Shown piece by piece: positions 25,534 to 36,906 of a stretch of DNA of 64,000 bases; position 1 is the first letter of the stretch; each line of letters begins with the position of its first letter. The notes below the pieces were generated by a model. The model was not told the origin of the DNA. It did not search any database and saw only the letters and a program-made list of their open reading frames with translations. Both the position numbers and the translations under genes were made by a program. The DNA lies in the IMG/VR virus record IMGVR_UViG_3300027278_000011; one strand, given 5' to 3'. Origin of the DNA: an uncultured virus (IMG/VR IMGVR_UViG_3300027278_000011) (taxonomy: Duplodnaviria; Heunggongvirae; Uroviricota; Caudoviricetes; Schitoviridae).

Positions 25534-28500
25534 ATGGCCGTATTACCTCCTCTGATTACAGAAGAAGGCTTGGTACTGAACAACATGATGCCCGACCAGG
25601 GTGCTCTGGGGGGTTATACCCCCCTGGGCACTGCTTCGTCTGAAGGCATCTCTTTGATGATTCGGGGGATTGCCCGTGCAGCCCTGGTCACAGGCAACGA
25701 AGACATGAAGGAGTTTGCGAACTTCCTCTTCGATGCAGCCTGCACCCACTTCTTCGGATCTCGTCCAAGCGCAGAAGCAGAGAACGACAATCTGTGGCAC
25801 CACTCGTGGATTTGTAATGGTGGTGCCGCATTCAATGTCCGTGGCCCACTACAAGGTAATGGCGACTTAGCCTTGAGTGGCTATGTCTACGGGCGCGATA
25901 CGGAAGCATCCGTCGTGTTTACCAATGGTATTGGTCAACTCACACCGCCTCCGGACATCGTGTACCAAGTCGTCAGTGAAAACGCTGCTTTCGTTTGGCA
26001 GAACGTCTTCTCTGATTTGACCAGTGGCCAGGCTTACGAAGTAGATTTCTACATCGACAAGGCAGGCAATAAGGTATTCGGTACGCAGAAAGGTGGATCG
26101 TTTGGTCAACCTATTGTTCCTGCGGGTCAACACACGGATGGACAGCCAGGGCGCATTGTCCTGAAAGATCCTATCAACACAGTTTGTGGTGTGAACTACT
26201 GCGTCACAGTGCCTGACGTGAAAGTGCCCTATGGCGCGCTCTACGAAGCATGGCCAATGTGGCGACAGTTGGCAAACAACGAAGTCTCCACAGCAGGAGA
26301 CGCTATTCATTGGTTCCTTGACGCTTTCCACGCAGCAAAGCTGATGGAACCTGGAAATCCTGAATGGGGCTATGCCTACGACCGAATGATGGAAGTTTGG
26401 GAGATGACTTGTGACCAAGCATCGAACAACACCAAAATCTTTCAGTCTGGAGCCAATGGCCCGTACAACAATTTCCCGTTGACCTACGCATACGCTTACG
26501 GTCGGGAAAACATTGACCTACCAGATACAAACTGGAATGCCACTCCACCGACAACTCGTTTCAATGTGGAACGGGCAGTGGATGGATATGTCACTTTCAC
26601 CATGCAGAATGAAACTGCAGAAGTAGGTTCTGGTGAGCCTATTCGCTATGGTGTGGCATTTGAAAACAGTCCCTTATACATCGACTTCACAGGCAACTCT
26701 TCGTTCTCCGTGGATATGCGTTCCAGCATTCAGCAGACTGTTTCCATGACCATTCGTACAGAAGTAGGTGATGAATACGAGTCGGCTATTCTGATCGGCC
26801 CAACCAGTGCTGTTCAAAACATCGGCCTGGGTCAATTTTTCCGTTTCCAACAGGAAGCTGGTGACTCCGAAGGTGTTAAGTCGGGCGACTGGGTAGATGG
26901 TGGTGGTGGTGAACTACCGGAGTATCCGGCTGTTCCCTTCCCTGGCCGTCGAGTTGCTCTCATTGGTGACTCGATCACCAATTACAACACTGCCTATGTT
27001 GCACCTAAGAATGGCATGTACGAGAACTGGGGTACTGGCATTTGTGGGTACTACACCCATGCTGACCATATTCTCGATGGTCGCCTGGCATTGGAACCGG
27101 GGATTACTACCGATGTTCAAGGTCAAAAGCACGGACTGAACTTTGCCATTGCTGGCACACAAGTTCGCAACTGGTGGAAAGAGCTGGATGATCCGTTGAA
27201 TAACGGTACGTTCTGGCAAGGCCCAATGTATGCAGCTCTGGCAAACATCAATCGCTTTGACGTTGTGGTAATGCTGGGTGGCACCAACGATCTAGCGTCC
27301 AATCGTCCGGCTGCTGAAGTTCTGCAGAACATCAAGATTGCTGCAACTGACATGGCCAAGAATGGCAAATGGGTTTTCCTTCTGACCATTCCTCCGCGCA
27401 GTCGAGACCACTTCGCAGGGTACTCTTTGGCTGAGATGGACGTTATTCGCCAACGCTTGATCGAGGTGAATGACGGTCTTCGTGCATGGGTAGGATCTGG
27501 TGTCTACGCCAACATCTGGTTGGTTGATGTCTACGACGATCTGCTTGGCCCCAATGGTATTGATCCATTTGGTACGGCATCTAATGACACAGATCCTCTC
27601 GGACACTTCACCCTGGGCAACTACCACCCGAATTACGGTGAGTTGGTGGCAATGCACGATGGTCTGCACCCTGGCCCGGCTGGTGCATACGTCATGGGTA
27701 AGAAACTGGCCCAAGTGATGATTGCTGCTGGAGTTCCTGCTCGCCCAGGGCGTACCCAGTTGGGTTCTCTTACCCTTGGTTCCAATTTGCTCGGCAACCC
27801 GTCTATGGCAGTTGGTTCCTACAAAGCAACAGCGACTACCCCGGTATCCTACAACCTGAGCACTATTGGTTGGGCCACTGGTCTGGGTGCTGCCATTGTT
27901 GCCGGTAATGGCAACCATGCAGGCTACCCCTATGGTTCTTTACCTGACTGCTGGAATTTCTGGAAGGCCACGAACCAGGAAGGTCAAGTTATGGGCATCG
28001 GCACAGGTGGCAACTACTCCAACTTCAACGAGTACACTTGGAGTGATCTCGTAGGACAATTCCCGAACCTTCTGGAATACATGGGTGATGCTACTTTTGC
28101 TCCAGGTGCGATCACGGTATCTGTTGTATCGGACGAAGGTACGCCAGCTATTAAGCTGGACTTCAACCTTCCGGCAACAGGTAACAAGAACGAGTCCTTC
28201 TGTCTGTCTGCTGATATTCCACGAGATCAACATGGCCCGTGGGATAACTGGGGTTGGAACTCCCCAGATAACGGACAACCAAGAACCAATAGCATGTACA
28301 ACGCAGGGGATCGTTTGCTTCCTGAAGCAGACGTGAAGCTCGTTAATCTCAATGGTTCGTTGGTCTGCTGCATGTTGAACCTGTCCCACTATGCCAACGT
28401 CCCACAAGTGTCTTACGGCTCTATTCGTCAAACTATAGCGAACCACTCCTTCTTCTGGCCGCCATCGGACTTTGACTTGATTCGTCTTCCTACCGAGAAT

Positions 28501-28680
28501 CGCACCATGCACTTACGTGCTCCGGCTATTCAAATCCCCGCTTACCAATCGGGGGAAACTATTCGGTATGCACAGCTTCGTTTGCAGGTCTCGTTTGACT
28601 GCTCGGAACGTGGTGTCACTGGTTCGCTGATTTTCAAGAACCCCAGTGTTCGGAAAGTCACGGCAGGTGCTCCGATGTAA
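25534..28680 (+). CDS. Tail protein with N-terminal GH8-like motifs and SGNH esterase
   Basis: TASSEGISLM and STAGDAIHW resemble GH8 TxSEGQ and SAxDGDxW. SGNH: GDSIT, NFAIAG, GGTND, DGLHP. Confidence 0.7.
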   Translation: MAVLPPLITEEGLVLNNMMPDQGALGGYTPLGTASSEGISLMIRGIARAALVTGNEDMKEFANFLFDAACTHFFGSRPSAEAENDNLWHHSWICNGGAAFNVRGPLQGNGDLALSGYVYGRDTEASVVFTNGIGQLTPPPDIVYQVVSENAAFVWQNVFSDLTSGQAYEVDFYIDKAGNKVFGTQKGGSFGQPIVPAGQHTDGQPGRIVLKDPINTVCGVNYCVTVPDVKVPYGALYEAWPMWRQLANNEVSTAGDAIHWFLDAFHAAKLMEPGNPEWGYAYDRMMEVWEMTCDQASNNTKIFQSGANGPYNNFPLTYAYAYGRENIDLPDTNWNATPPTTRFNVERAVDGYVTFTMQNETAEVGSGEPIRYGVAFENSPLYIDFTGNSSFSVDMRSSIQQTVSMTIRTEVGDEYESAILIGPTSAVQNIGLGQFFRFQQEAGDSEGVKSGDWVDGGGGELPEYPAVPFPGRRVALIGDSITNYNTAYVAPKNGMYENWGTGICGYYTHADHILDGRLALEPGITTDVQGQKHGLNFAIAGTQVRNWWKELDDPLNNGTFWQGPMYAALANINRFDVVVMLGGTNDLASNRPAAEVLQNIKIAATDMAKNGKWVFLLTIPPRSRDHFAGYSLAEMDVIRQRLIEVNDGLRAWVGSGVYANIWLVDVYDDLLGPNGIDPFGTASNDTDPLGHFTLGNYHPNYGELVAMHDGLHPGPAGAYVMGKKLAQVMIAAGVPARPGRTQLGSLTLGSNLLGNPSMAVGSYKATATTPVSYNLSTIGWATGLGAAIVAGNGNHAGYPYGSLPDCWNFWKATNQEGQVMGIGTGGNYSNFNEYTWSDLVGQFPNLLEYMGDATFAPGAITVSVVSDEGTPAIKLDFNLPATGNKNESFCLSADIPRDQHGPWDNWGWNSPDNGQPRTNSMYNAGDRLLPEADVKLVNLNGSLVCCMLNLSHYANVPQVSYGSIRQTIANHSFFWPPSDFDLIRLPTENRTMHLRAPAIQIPAYQSGETIRYAQLRLQVSFDCSERGVTGSLIFKNPSVRKVTAGAPM

Positions 28681-28687
28681 GGCAACC

Positions 28688-28715
28688 AAGGGGGAGGAAA
28701 CTCCCCCTTCATTTA
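28688..28715 (+). terminator. Hairpin, possible weak terminator
   Basis: AAGGGGGAG-GAAA-CTCCCCCTT followed by CATTT. Confidence 0.6.
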
Positions 28716-28731
28716 CGAACAAGGAACTCTC

Positions 28732-30165
28732 ATGGCGAACTACAACGTCTGGTTGCCTGGTAACACATTCTTCAATTTCAACGATGGTGCCACTACCTCC
28801 CTGAGCTACAAGCCCACCAGTAATGGTGGTCAGTTGCTCTGTCAGACGTTCACCATTCCTAACGCTGACTCTGGTTTTGGTATCACCTACGACCAGATCA
28901 GCCCACCGTTTAACATGACAAAACCGCCCAAACTCATGTATTCCAGCACTGCTGACATGATCTTGGTGTTGAAGGATTCTGATGGTTGGCTATGGGCTGC
29001 ACTGTGCCCACAGCAAGCAACTGTCAAGGAGCGTGGTTGGGCATGGAATCAGTTTGCTTTACATAGCTTTCAGGACAACATTGGAGACACACCGTCTGCT
29101 CCTGCTTCTGGGCCGATTCAAGCATTCCAGCTTGGTGGTGCTGAAGGTGTTCATGGTGAGAATAATGACAGTCCCCAGTCCATTAGCATTGCTTACCTTT
29201 CTGGTCGTACTCCGGCTAATGCTACTCCCGGCTCCCTGCGTACTGTAATTCTGACCAATCGCAATGCTGGGGCACATACCTGGAAAGTGGGCGATGTCAG
29301 TGTCACCAACGGCACACGTAAAGAAGTGAAGTACATCGGTGCTTTGCCTTTCGGACTCCAGATGAACGGCCCACGCAACCGGCTCTCCGTACTCCCGTAT
29401 CGTGGGCCAATCGTTGCTGGTTACCAGTCTGGCACTCCTTGGGTCGCTACTGAAAATGCTGCAATGCTTGATGGCATGCTGGATTTCATGCTGGAAGCAC
29501 AAGAGCAATTCCGCTTTCGTAGCCCAGATCAAGTGTTTGGCCCGTGGATGCACATCTACCTGCAGGCACTGTGGGATTGTGAGCAGAATGGTGAAATCGA
29601 CACCTGGGTATGGGATGGCCCAGATGGCAACCCAGCATGGGACGGTTGGCAATATCGTGCGTTCGATTCGATGGGACGTACTTGGTATGACGCTGTGCAA
29701 AGTGAGGCAGATATTCCAGCGACTACCTTGGAAAAACTGCAGACTACCTGCACTCGTTTTGCCGATTGGCTCTACAACTGGCTACGAACCAATCTGACTG
29801 CAATGGGTGTACCCAACGATTGGCGGCCTGCTGGGTGGACTCAAGGCAACCCATTTCCACCGAATAGCTACCTTGATCCCAAGTACACGGCACCGTCTGC
29901 ACATGACATTGCCCTTGCACTGAAGGGTGCAGTTTTCTGTGCTATCGCAGGTTACGATTTGGTCAAGGCGAGATACATCATCCATCGCCTGATTGTGTCC
30001 TTGGTTCCTCTACAAGTACCTTCCAATGGTGATGACATGCGCGGAGCGTTTACGCAGAACCCCGATGGGTTTGAGGTTTACGGCTTTGAACAGGGTGAAG
30101 TCTTGGAGGCTTTGGCTCTGTGTCTGCAGCACAAGGAATTGATCGCCACGGCCACCGGTGAGTAA
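28732..30165 (+). CDS. Tail/depolymerase-associated protein (carbohydrate-binding-like N-terminus, Trp-rich helical C-terminus)
   Basis: 477 aa; GYQSGTPW, WVWDGPDGNPAWDGWQYRAF, YGFEQGE; lies within the tail module. Confidence 0.6.
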   Translation: MANYNVWLPGNTFFNFNDGATTSLSYKPTSNGGQLLCQTFTIPNADSGFGITYDQISPPFNMTKPPKLMYSSTADMILVLKDSDGWLWAALCPQQATVKERGWAWNQFALHSFQDNIGDTPSAPASGPIQAFQLGGAEGVHGENNDSPQSISIAYLSGRTPANATPGSLRTVILTNRNAGAHTWKVGDVSVTNGTRKEVKYIGALPFGLQMNGPRNRLSVLPYRGPIVAGYQSGTPWVATENAAMLDGMLDFMLEAQEQFRFRSPDQVFGPWMHIYLQALWDCEQNGEIDTWVWDGPDGNPAWDGWQYRAFDSMGRTWYDAVQSEADIPATTLEKLQTTCTRFADWLYNWLRTNLTAMGVPNDWRPAGWTQGNPFPPNSYLDPKYTAPSAHDIALALKGAVFCAIAGYDLVKARYIIHRLIVSLVPLQVPSNGDDMRGAFTQNPDGFEVYGFEQGEVLEALALCLQHKELIATATGE

Positions 30166-30236
30166 TTGCAAATAGGCAGCATGCGGGAGAGTTAGGTAAT
30201 ATCTCCCGCAGTCTACCCACCATTAGGAATCACACG

Positions 30237-30566
30237 ATGGGAACCGAATCCCCAGAAGTTCAGATGGCTCGCTTGGAAGAACGACTGAAAGTCATTCTTG
30301 CTCGCTTGGACGAAGCCAGAAGTGATCAGCAAGCTCAACAACATCAGATGGGGCTGATCACACAGACCCTTCAAGGTATGTCTAATCGAGTGGAGAATGT
30401 GGAATCTTCCCTCGCCACTGCCAAGCCAACTATCGAAGAGTTCATCACTATCAAGCACCGTGTTGTAGGTGCTGGGATAATGGGTAAATGGGTATGGGCG
30501 ATAGCAGGTGGTCTGTTAGGTATGTTGTTCTCGGCGCGTGTTCAAATCATGGAACTTCTCAAATGA
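30237..30566 (+). CDS. Lysis-cassette membrane protein (coiled coil plus C-terminal TM; N4 gp63-like)
   Basis: MARLEERL coiled coil; KWVWAIAGGLLGMLFS TM. Confidence 0.65.
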   Translation: MGTESPEVQMARLEERLKVILARLDEARSDQQAQQHQMGLITQTLQGMSNRVENVESSLATAKPTIEEFITIKHRVVGAGIMGKWVWAIAGGLLGMLFSARVQIMELLK

Positions 30567-30805
30567 GGGGCATTGTGCTGATACCCAACTGGAAGCGTGC
30601 ATGGAAATTCGCTTCGATTCAAATCAGCTCCCTTGGCGTCTTGATCATGGGACTTCTTGAGCTGGTAAACCAGGCGTGGATTAGCTTGCCACCATCTGTT
30701 GTATCCCAGATCCCTCACACTCAAACGATTGCTCTGGCTTTATTCGGGCTAGGTATCGTTGGAAGACTCTTTAAATTAAAGGACAAGGATGATGACGCAG
30801 AGTAA
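30563..30805 (+). CDS. Holin (two TM segments)
   Basis: Start re-called at ATG 30563; LIPNWKRAWKFASIQ; two hydrophobic helices; charged C-terminus. Confidence 0.75.
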   Translation: MRGIVLIPNWKRAWKFASIQISSLGVLIMGLLELVNQAWISLPPSVVSQIPHTQTIALALFGLGIVGRLFKLKDKDDDAE

Positions 30806-31397
30806 GTGGAAACGTAACTCTGGGTTGGCAGCAGCGGTACTTTCGATAGTGTCCGCTGTCTTTGTCATGGAAGGTGGCTATGTCAACGATCCCGGCGACC
30901 CTGGGGGTGAAACCAACCACGGCATCACTGTGGCAGTGGCCCGTGATCATGGCTACACCGGTGCCATGAAGGAACTGACTCAAGAGCAAGCCTCTGAGAT
31001 ATACATCACTTCCTACGTTGAGAAACCCAACTATGTGGAAATCGTCAGTCTCTCTCCTGCTGTTGGACAAAAGCTGGTTGATGCAGGAGTCAATGCTGGC
31101 ACCACTCGTTCTTCTCGTTGGTTCCAAACTGCACTCAATTCTTTGAGTCGTGGAGAGGTGGACTACCCAAATGTGACTGTTGATGGTCGTATCGGAACTG
31201 GTACGATTACCTCCTATAAAGGTCTACAGAACAAACGTGGACGTGTGAAAGCCTGTGAGCTGGTTATCAAGCTGATGGATGCACAACAAGCCACCCACTA
31301 CATGAGCCTGCCGCATTTGAGCATGTACACCCCAGGGTGGGTGGATCACCGTATTGGTAATGTTCCTTTGTCCAAGTGCAAGGAAGAAATCAAGTGA
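30789..31397 (+). CDS. GH108 endolysin with N-terminal SAR-like anchor
   Basis: EGGYVNDPGDPGGETNHGIT, DAGVNAG, VDGRIG, GWVDHRIG; N-terminal LAAAVLSIVSAVFVM. Confidence 0.92.
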   Translation: MMTQSKWKRNSGLAAAVLSIVSAVFVMEGGYVNDPGDPGGETNHGITVAVARDHGYTGAMKELTQEQASEIYITSYVEKPNYVEIVSLSPAVGQKLVDAGVNAGTTRSSRWFQTALNSLSRGEVDYPNVTVDGRIGTGTITSYKGLQNKRGRVKACELVIKLMDAQQATHYMSLPHLSMYTPGWVDHRIGNVPLSKCKEEIK

Positions 31398-31921
31398 ACG
31401 CCAAACTGATCGCTGGAATTGTTGTAGCCGCTCTTGCGGCTTTCAGCGTTTACAGCATCTTCAATGTAGGGGTAGCAATCGGTTCTGCCAGGGTTCAGGC
31501 CAGTTGGAATGCTCAAAAAGAAGCAGATCAACAGCGCGTTGATGCCTTGAAAGAAGAGATCAAACAGCAAGAAGCTATTCACCAAACCGATACCACAAGG
31601 ATTTCAGATGAACTCGCAGAGGTTAAGCAGAAATACACTGAAGATCTGGCTGATCTGCGTTCTGAGTATGAGCAGCGGTTGCGCAGCAGTGGCAATCGAG
31701 CCAACCACTACCAACGTCAAGCCAGAGGTTCTGCCGTTGAGCGCGACAACCTTGCAAGCCATGCAGCCCGACTCGACCAAGCTCTTGAAGAAGGCAGACA
31801 CTTGGTACGAGAACTCGGGGAAACTATTAGACTCCGTGACCAGCAACTGATTTCCTTGGGTCAGCAAATCATGGCTGACCGTAACCTTTTTGATGGTGAG
31901 ACCAAACATGGAACAAAATGA
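31394..31921 (+). CDS. Rz: i-spanin
   Basis: GTG start overlapping the endolysin stop; N-terminal TM then coiled coil. Confidence 0.85.
   Translation: MNAKLIAGIVVAALAAFSVYSIFNVGVAIGSARVQASWNAQKEADQQRVDALKEEIKQQEAIHQTDTTRISDELAEVKQKYTEDLADLRSEYEQRLRSSGNRANHYQRQARGSAVERDNLASHAARLDQALEEGRHLVRELGETIRLRDQQLISLGQQIMADRNLFDGETKHGTK
31608..31850 (+). CDS. Rz1: o-spanin lipoprotein nested in Rz
   Basis: +1 frame inside Rz; signal peptide [14 protein letters not shown] with lipobox; Pro/Thr-rich mature part. Confidence 0.8.
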   Translation: MNSQRLSRNTLKIWLICVLSMSSGCAAVAIEPTTTNVKPEVLPLSATTLQAMQPDSTKLLKKADTWYENSGKLLDSVTSN

Positions 31922-34115
31922 GAACATGCTAGTTCCCGGTGTGGAGAAGCTCACCGACTGGGAAAAAGAACCTGATGTTCGTGATCTTAAACAAGATCTG
32001 GAGAATGCCCGTCCAGCTCATCAAGCTCGGATGTCCGACATTCAGCGTTGGGGTGATCTCATGGCCGTTCGTGGTTCGGCCAAACCCAAGCAGGTCAAAG
32101 GTCGTTCCAGTGTTCAGCCCAAGTTGATCCGTCGTCAGGCTGAGTGGCGATACTCGGCTTTGACTGAGCCATTTCTCGGCTCCAACAAGCTGTTCAAGGT
32201 TGATCCTGTCACGTTTGAAGATGCCGAAGCAGCCCGACAGAACTCTCTGGTTCTGAACTGGCAATTCCGCACCAAACTGAATCGCGTCAATTTCGTGGAC
32301 AACTTTGTTCGTGCCACAGTTGATGAAGGTACTTCCATTACTCGTGTGGGTTGGAAACGCCATACCGTTATGGTTGATCAGGAAGTTCCTGTTTACGACT
32401 TCTTCCCTCTGCAAACAGATGAACAACTCGCCGCACTCCAGACTGCTTTGGATCAACAAGCAGCAGATCCTCGTGGTTACGATGAAGACGTGCCGGATGA
32501 AATCAAAGCTGCTGTTGATCTGTATGCCGAGAGTGGTCAAGCCACCTATGCAGTCCAGTCTGGTGTGTCAGTTGTTAAGGTCGAAAAAGTCCTTGTAAAC
32601 CAACCAGTTGTGGATCTTCTCGATCCTCAAAACGTGATCATTGATCCATCCTGTAATGGTGATTTGGACAAGGCACTCTTCGTCATCGTTTCTTTCGAGA
32701 CCAATAAAGCCGACCTCCTGAAAGAACCGGAACGCTACAAGAACCTGGATGCTGTGAACTGGGAAGGCAACATGCCGATGACCCAGCCTGATCACAACAC
32801 CAGTACCCCGGACAGTTACCAGACCAACGACCCTCTGCGTAAGAAGGTTGTTGCCTATGAGTATTGGGGTTTCCGTGATATTCGTGGTACAGGTGAGCTG
32901 CTGCCAATTGTTGCCACCTGGATCGGTGACATCTGCATTCGCATGGAGGAAAACCCCTTCCCTGATGGCAAGCTGCCCTTCGTAGTTGTTCCGTACCTGC
33001 CGGTGAAACGTAACCTGTACGGTGAGCCTGACGCTGAACTGTTGGAAGACAACCAGAAGATCCTGGGTGCCGTAACTCGGGGAATGATCGACCTCTTGGG
33101 TCGTTCGGCAAATGGTCAGCAAGGCATGGCCAAAGGCATGCTTGATCCACTGAATCGTCGCCGGTACGACAACGGGCAAGACTACGAGTTCAACCCCAGC
33201 ATGAGTCCTTCTGCTGGTGTCATCGAACACAAGTTCCCTGACATTCCACAGTCTGCCTTGCTGATGTTGAATCTGCAGAACCAGGACGCCGAATCACTCA
33301 CCGGTGTAAAGAGCTTCGCCGGTGGTATGAGTGGTGAAGCCTACGGTGACGTGGCTGCAGGTATCCGTGGTGTATTGGATGCTGCATCCAAGCGTGAGAT
33401 GGCGATCCTGCGTCGTCTGGCGAAGGGCATGACTGAGATCGGCAACAAGATCATTGCGATGAACGCAGTGTTCCTGTCCGAAAAAGAAGTGATCCGTGTC
33501 ACCAACAAAGAGTTCATCACCGTTAAACGTGAAGACCTCATCGGCAACTTCGACTTGGAAACCGACATCTCCACGGCTGAAGTAGACAACGCCAAGGCAC
33601 AAGATCTTGCGTTTATGCTGCAGACCCTTGGCCCGAACTCTGACCCAAGCATCGTCATGCTCATTCTGTCGGAAATTGCCGACCTCAAACGTATGCCGGA
33701 ATTGGCCAACAAACTTCGCAACTGGCGTCCGCAACCATCCCCAGAGCAGCAAGAGTTGCAGCGTCTGGAGATCGAGAAAGCGCGTAAAGAAGTGGAGAAG
33801 CTGCAATCTGAGATTACTCTCAACAATGCAAAAGCTCAGGAAGCTATGGCCAATAAAGACCAGAAGAATCTGGACTACGTTGAACAAGAGACTGGCACTA
33901 AGCATGCCCGTGACATGGAGAAGCAGCGTGGCCAGGCTCAAGGTAACCAAGCATTGGAAGTGACCAAGGCGTTGACCAAATCATTGAAAGACGGTGAACA
34001 GCGACCTAACCTTGAGGCAGCTATTGGCTTCAACCAACTTAGTGATAGACTTGCGGACGCAGGCACACTTCAAACAAACTTTGCACAACCTGCACCGATA
34101 CCAACTCCAGCATAA
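31908..34115 (+). CDS. Portal protein (N4 gp59-like)
   Basis: [48 protein letters not shown]. Confidence 0.93.
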   Translation: MEQNENMLVPGVEKLTDWEKEPDVRDLKQDLENARPAHQARMSDIQRWGDLMAVRGSAKPKQVKGRSSVQPKLIRRQAEWRYSALTEPFLGSNKLFKVDPVTFEDAEAARQNSLVLNWQFRTKLNRVNFVDNFVRATVDEGTSITRVGWKRHTVMVDQEVPVYDFFPLQTDEQLAALQTALDQQAADPRGYDEDVPDEIKAAVDLYAESGQATYAVQSGVSVVKVEKVLVNQPVVDLLDPQNVIIDPSCNGDLDKALFVIVSFETNKADLLKEPERYKNLDAVNWEGNMPMTQPDHNTSTPDSYQTNDPLRKKVVAYEYWGFRDIRGTGELLPIVATWIGDICIRMEENPFPDGKLPFVVVPYLPVKRNLYGEPDAELLEDNQKILGAVTRGMIDLLGRSANGQQGMAKGMLDPLNRRRYDNGQDYEFNPSMSPSAGVIEHKFPDIPQSALLMLNLQNQDAESLTGVKSFAGGMSGEAYGDVAAGIRGVLDAASKREMAILRRLAKGMTEIGNKIIAMNAVFLSEKEVIRVTNKEFITVKREDLIGNFDLETDISTAEVDNAKAQDLAFMLQTLGPNSDPSIVMLILSEIADLKRMPELANKLRNWRPQPSPEQQELQRLEIEKARKEVEKLQSEITLNNAKAQEAMANKDQKNLDYVEQETGTKHARDMEKQRGQAQGNQALEVTKALTKSLKDGEQRPNLEAAIGFNQLSDRLADAGTLQTNFAQPAPIPTPA

Positions 34116-34127
34116 GGACTAATCAGC

Positions 34128-34463
34128 ATGTCTGAAGTCACACTTCTCGAAAAACAACTGGCTGACACCAAAACCCTGGTCGATCGTCGTACCATCGCTC
34201 AACGTCTGGCAGCCAATGCGGATTTCCGAAAGCTCATTCTGGAAGAGTTCTGTGTGAACGAGTGCGCTCGTTATGCTCAGGCATCTGCTGATCCAGCGCT
34301 CAATCAAAATGAACGTGCGGACGCCCTGGCTATTGCTCAAGCAGCCGGTCACCTCCGTCGCTTCCTGTCGGTTGTGGTGCAGATGGGCAACTCCGCTGAG
34401 AACACCATTTCGGACATCGAAGCAGCTTTGGAAGAAGCTCGTGCTGAAGAGGATGCTCAGTAA
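34128..34463 (+). CDS. Conserved helical protein (N4 gp58-like)
   Basis: RLAANADFRKLILEEF; position between portal and gp57. Confidence 0.7.
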   Translation: MSEVTLLEKQLADTKTLVDRRTIAQRLAANADFRKLILEEFCVNECARYAQASADPALNQNERADALAIAQAAGHLRRFLSVVVQMGNSAENTISDIEAALEEARAEEDAQ

Positions 34464-35626
34464 TGGGTGCCGAAAATAAAGACGCCGACATGCTTGGCAT
34501 GTCGGATGAGGACTTTCTGAACCTGTCCGGCCCACCTGAAACTGAGCCTGTTGGTTCCACCGAAGGTTCCCAGCCGGAAGCTGTGCAGGAAGAGGAGCAA
34601 GAGCAGCAGCAAGAACCTGCTGGCACTGATGCTGCTCAAGAAGAGCAGTCTCAGGAAAGTGAAGAGGAAGAGCAGGAAGAGGAGCTGGACGGTAAAGTGG
34701 AAGCTGAGAAAGACTCGGCTCCTGCTGCCAAAGATCCGGCAAAGGACAAGCCTACTGAACCTGCTGCGGACAAGGACAAACCTGCAGTTGTGGAAACTGA
34801 CTATAAGTCGTTCCATGATCAAGTAATGGCACCATTCAAAGCTAATGGTAAAACCATTCAACTGAAGTCGCCTGACGAGGCGATTGGTCTGATGCAGATG
34901 GGTGCCAACTACACCCGTCGTATGCAAGAAATTGCGCCACACCGTAAGGTGTTGCTCATGTTGGAAAACAACGGGCTACTTGACGAAGGCAAACTTTCTT
35001 ATCTGATCGACTTGGATAAAAAGAATCCTGATGCTATTAAGAAGCTCGTAAAAGATGCTGGTCTCGATCCAATGGACATCGACACCAGCGAAGAATCAGC
35101 TTACCGCGTAGGCAATCATCGGGTAAGTGATGAAGAGGCTGCATTCCGTGGTGTACTGGACGAGCTGTCCAACACCGATAACGGTAAGCAAACCCTCCAA
35201 GTCATCAACTCGTCCTGGGATCAAGCCAGCAAAGAGCTACTTTGGAAAAATCCGGGCGTGATGAATCTCATCAATCAGCAACGGGAACTCGGTATTTACG
35301 ACCGTATCCTGACTGAAGTTGAGCGTCGTAAGGCACTGGGTCAAGTTCCAATCAATCAACCGTTGCTTCAGATCTACCAACAAGTAGGTCAGGAGATGGT
35401 GGCAGGTAATGCGTTTGCTGATATTGTTCAGCCCGCACAACAATCACGGGAAAGTGTTGCTCCGGTAGCATCCCGAGTTGTTCCACCAAAACCTGTCGTT
35501 AAGAACGGTGATAAAGCTACTGCTGCTGCTCCCAGTAAAGCAGCCGCAAAACCTGCGAAGGTTCTCGTCAATCCTCTGAGTATGAGTGACGACGACTTTC
35601 TCAAACAATTCCAAGGCCGCCTCTGA
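34463..35626 (+). CDS. Scaffold-like protein (N4 gp57-like)
   Basis: Acidic N-terminus, PFKANGK, LMQMGANYT; MSDEDF/MSDDDF at both ends; precedes the major capsid gene. Confidence 0.75.
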   Translation: MGAENKDADMLGMSDEDFLNLSGPPETEPVGSTEGSQPEAVQEEEQEQQQEPAGTDAAQEEQSQESEEEEQEEELDGKVEAEKDSAPAAKDPAKDKPTEPAADKDKPAVVETDYKSFHDQVMAPFKANGKTIQLKSPDEAIGLMQMGANYTRRMQEIAPHRKVLLMLENNGLLDEGKLSYLIDLDKKNPDAIKKLVKDAGLDPMDIDTSEESAYRVGNHRVSDEEAAFRGVLDELSNTDNGKQTLQVINSSWDQASKELLWKNPGVMNLINQQRELGIYDRILTEVERRKALGQVPINQPLLQIYQQVGQEMVAGNAFADIVQPAQQSRESVAPVASRVVPPKPVVKNGDKATAAAPSKAAAKPAKVLVNPLSMSDDDFLKQFQGRL

Positions 35627-35637
35627 GGTAAGACCAC

Positions 35638-36840
35638 ATGCTGAACTACAACGCCCCCATCGACGGGCAAAAGTCGTCCATTGACGGTGCTGGTTCCGAC
35701 CAGATGAGCACCTTCTTCTGGCTGAAAAAAGCGATCATCGAGTCGCGTAAAGAGCAGTATTTCATGCCGCTCGCCAGCGTCACCAACATGCCGAAGAACT
35801 ACGGTAAGACCATCAAGGTCTTCGAGTACGTTCCGCTGCTGGACGACCGCAACATCAACGACCAAGGCATCGACGCCAACGGTGCAACCATCGTCAATGG
35901 CAACCTCTACGGTTCGTCCAAAGACATCGGTAACATCACCGCCAAACTGCCGGTGCTGACCGAGAACGGTGGTCGTGTGAACCGTGTTGGCTTCACCCGT
36001 CTGCAGCGTGAAGGGTCGATCCATAAGTTCGGCTTCTTCACCGAGTTCACCCAAGAGTCGATGGACTTCGATTCGGACGATGGCCTGAAAGATCATCTGT
36101 CCCGTGAGCTGATGAACGGTGCGGTTCAACTGACCGAAGCTGTTCTCCAGAAAGACCTGCTGGCTGCTGCTGGTACTGTGCTGTTCGCCGGTGCTGCTGT
36201 TGCTGATGGCGAGATCACCGGTGAAGGTGCCACCCCGTCCATTGTCAGCTACCGCAACCTGATGCGTCTGGATCAGATCCTGACCGACAACCGCACCCCG
36301 ACTCAGACCCGTGTGATCACCGGCTCTCGCCTGATCGACACCAAGGTCATCGGTGCTACCCGTGTCATGTACGTGGGTTCGGAACTGGTTCCGCTGCTGA
36401 AAGGCATGAAAGACCTGTTCGAGAACAAGGCTTTCATCGAAATCCAGCACTACGCCGATGGTGGCAACCTGCTGAACGGTGAAGTTGGTTCCATCGACAA
36501 GTTCCGTATCATCCAGGTTCCGGAAATGCTGCACTGGGCTGGTGTAGGTGCTGCTGTTGGCACCAACCCTGGCTACCGCAGCTCCACTGTCGGTGGCACC
36601 GAGAAGTACGACGTGTTCCCGATGCTGGTTATCGGTGACGACTCCTTCACCACTATCGGTTTCCAAACCGATGGCAAGTCGGTGAAGTTCTCGGTGATGA
36701 CCAAGATGCCGGGCCGCGAAACTGCTGACCGTAACGATCCGTTCGGTGAAACTGGTTTCAGCTCGATCAAGTGGTACTACGGTATCCTGATCAAGCGTCC
36801 GGAGCGTATCGCTCTGGTGAAAACTGTCGCCCCGATCTAA
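35638..36840 (+). CDS. Major capsid protein (N4 gp56-like)
   Basis: [45 protein letters not shown]; strong codon bias. Confidence 0.95.
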   Translation: MLNYNAPIDGQKSSIDGAGSDQMSTFFWLKKAIIESRKEQYFMPLASVTNMPKNYGKTIKVFEYVPLLDDRNINDQGIDANGATIVNGNLYGSSKDIGNITAKLPVLTENGGRVNRVGFTRLQREGSIHKFGFFTEFTQESMDFDSDDGLKDHLSRELMNGAVQLTEAVLQKDLLAAAGTVLFAGAAVADGEITGEGATPSIVSYRNLMRLDQILTDNRTPTQTRVITGSRLIDTKVIGATRVMYVGSELVPLLKGMKDLFENKAFIEIQHYADGGNLLNGEVGSIDKFRIIQVPEMLHWAGVGAAVGTNPGYRSSTVGGTEKYDVFPMLVIGDDSFTTIGFQTDGKSVKFSVMTKMPGRETADRNDPFGETGFSSIKWYYGILIKRPERIALVKTVAPI

Positions 36841-36906
36841 GCGGACTACCTGGGGGGAAGCTAGTCTTCCCCCTTGGTTCTAATTTCCAGTAATAGGAAA
36901 CATGCC

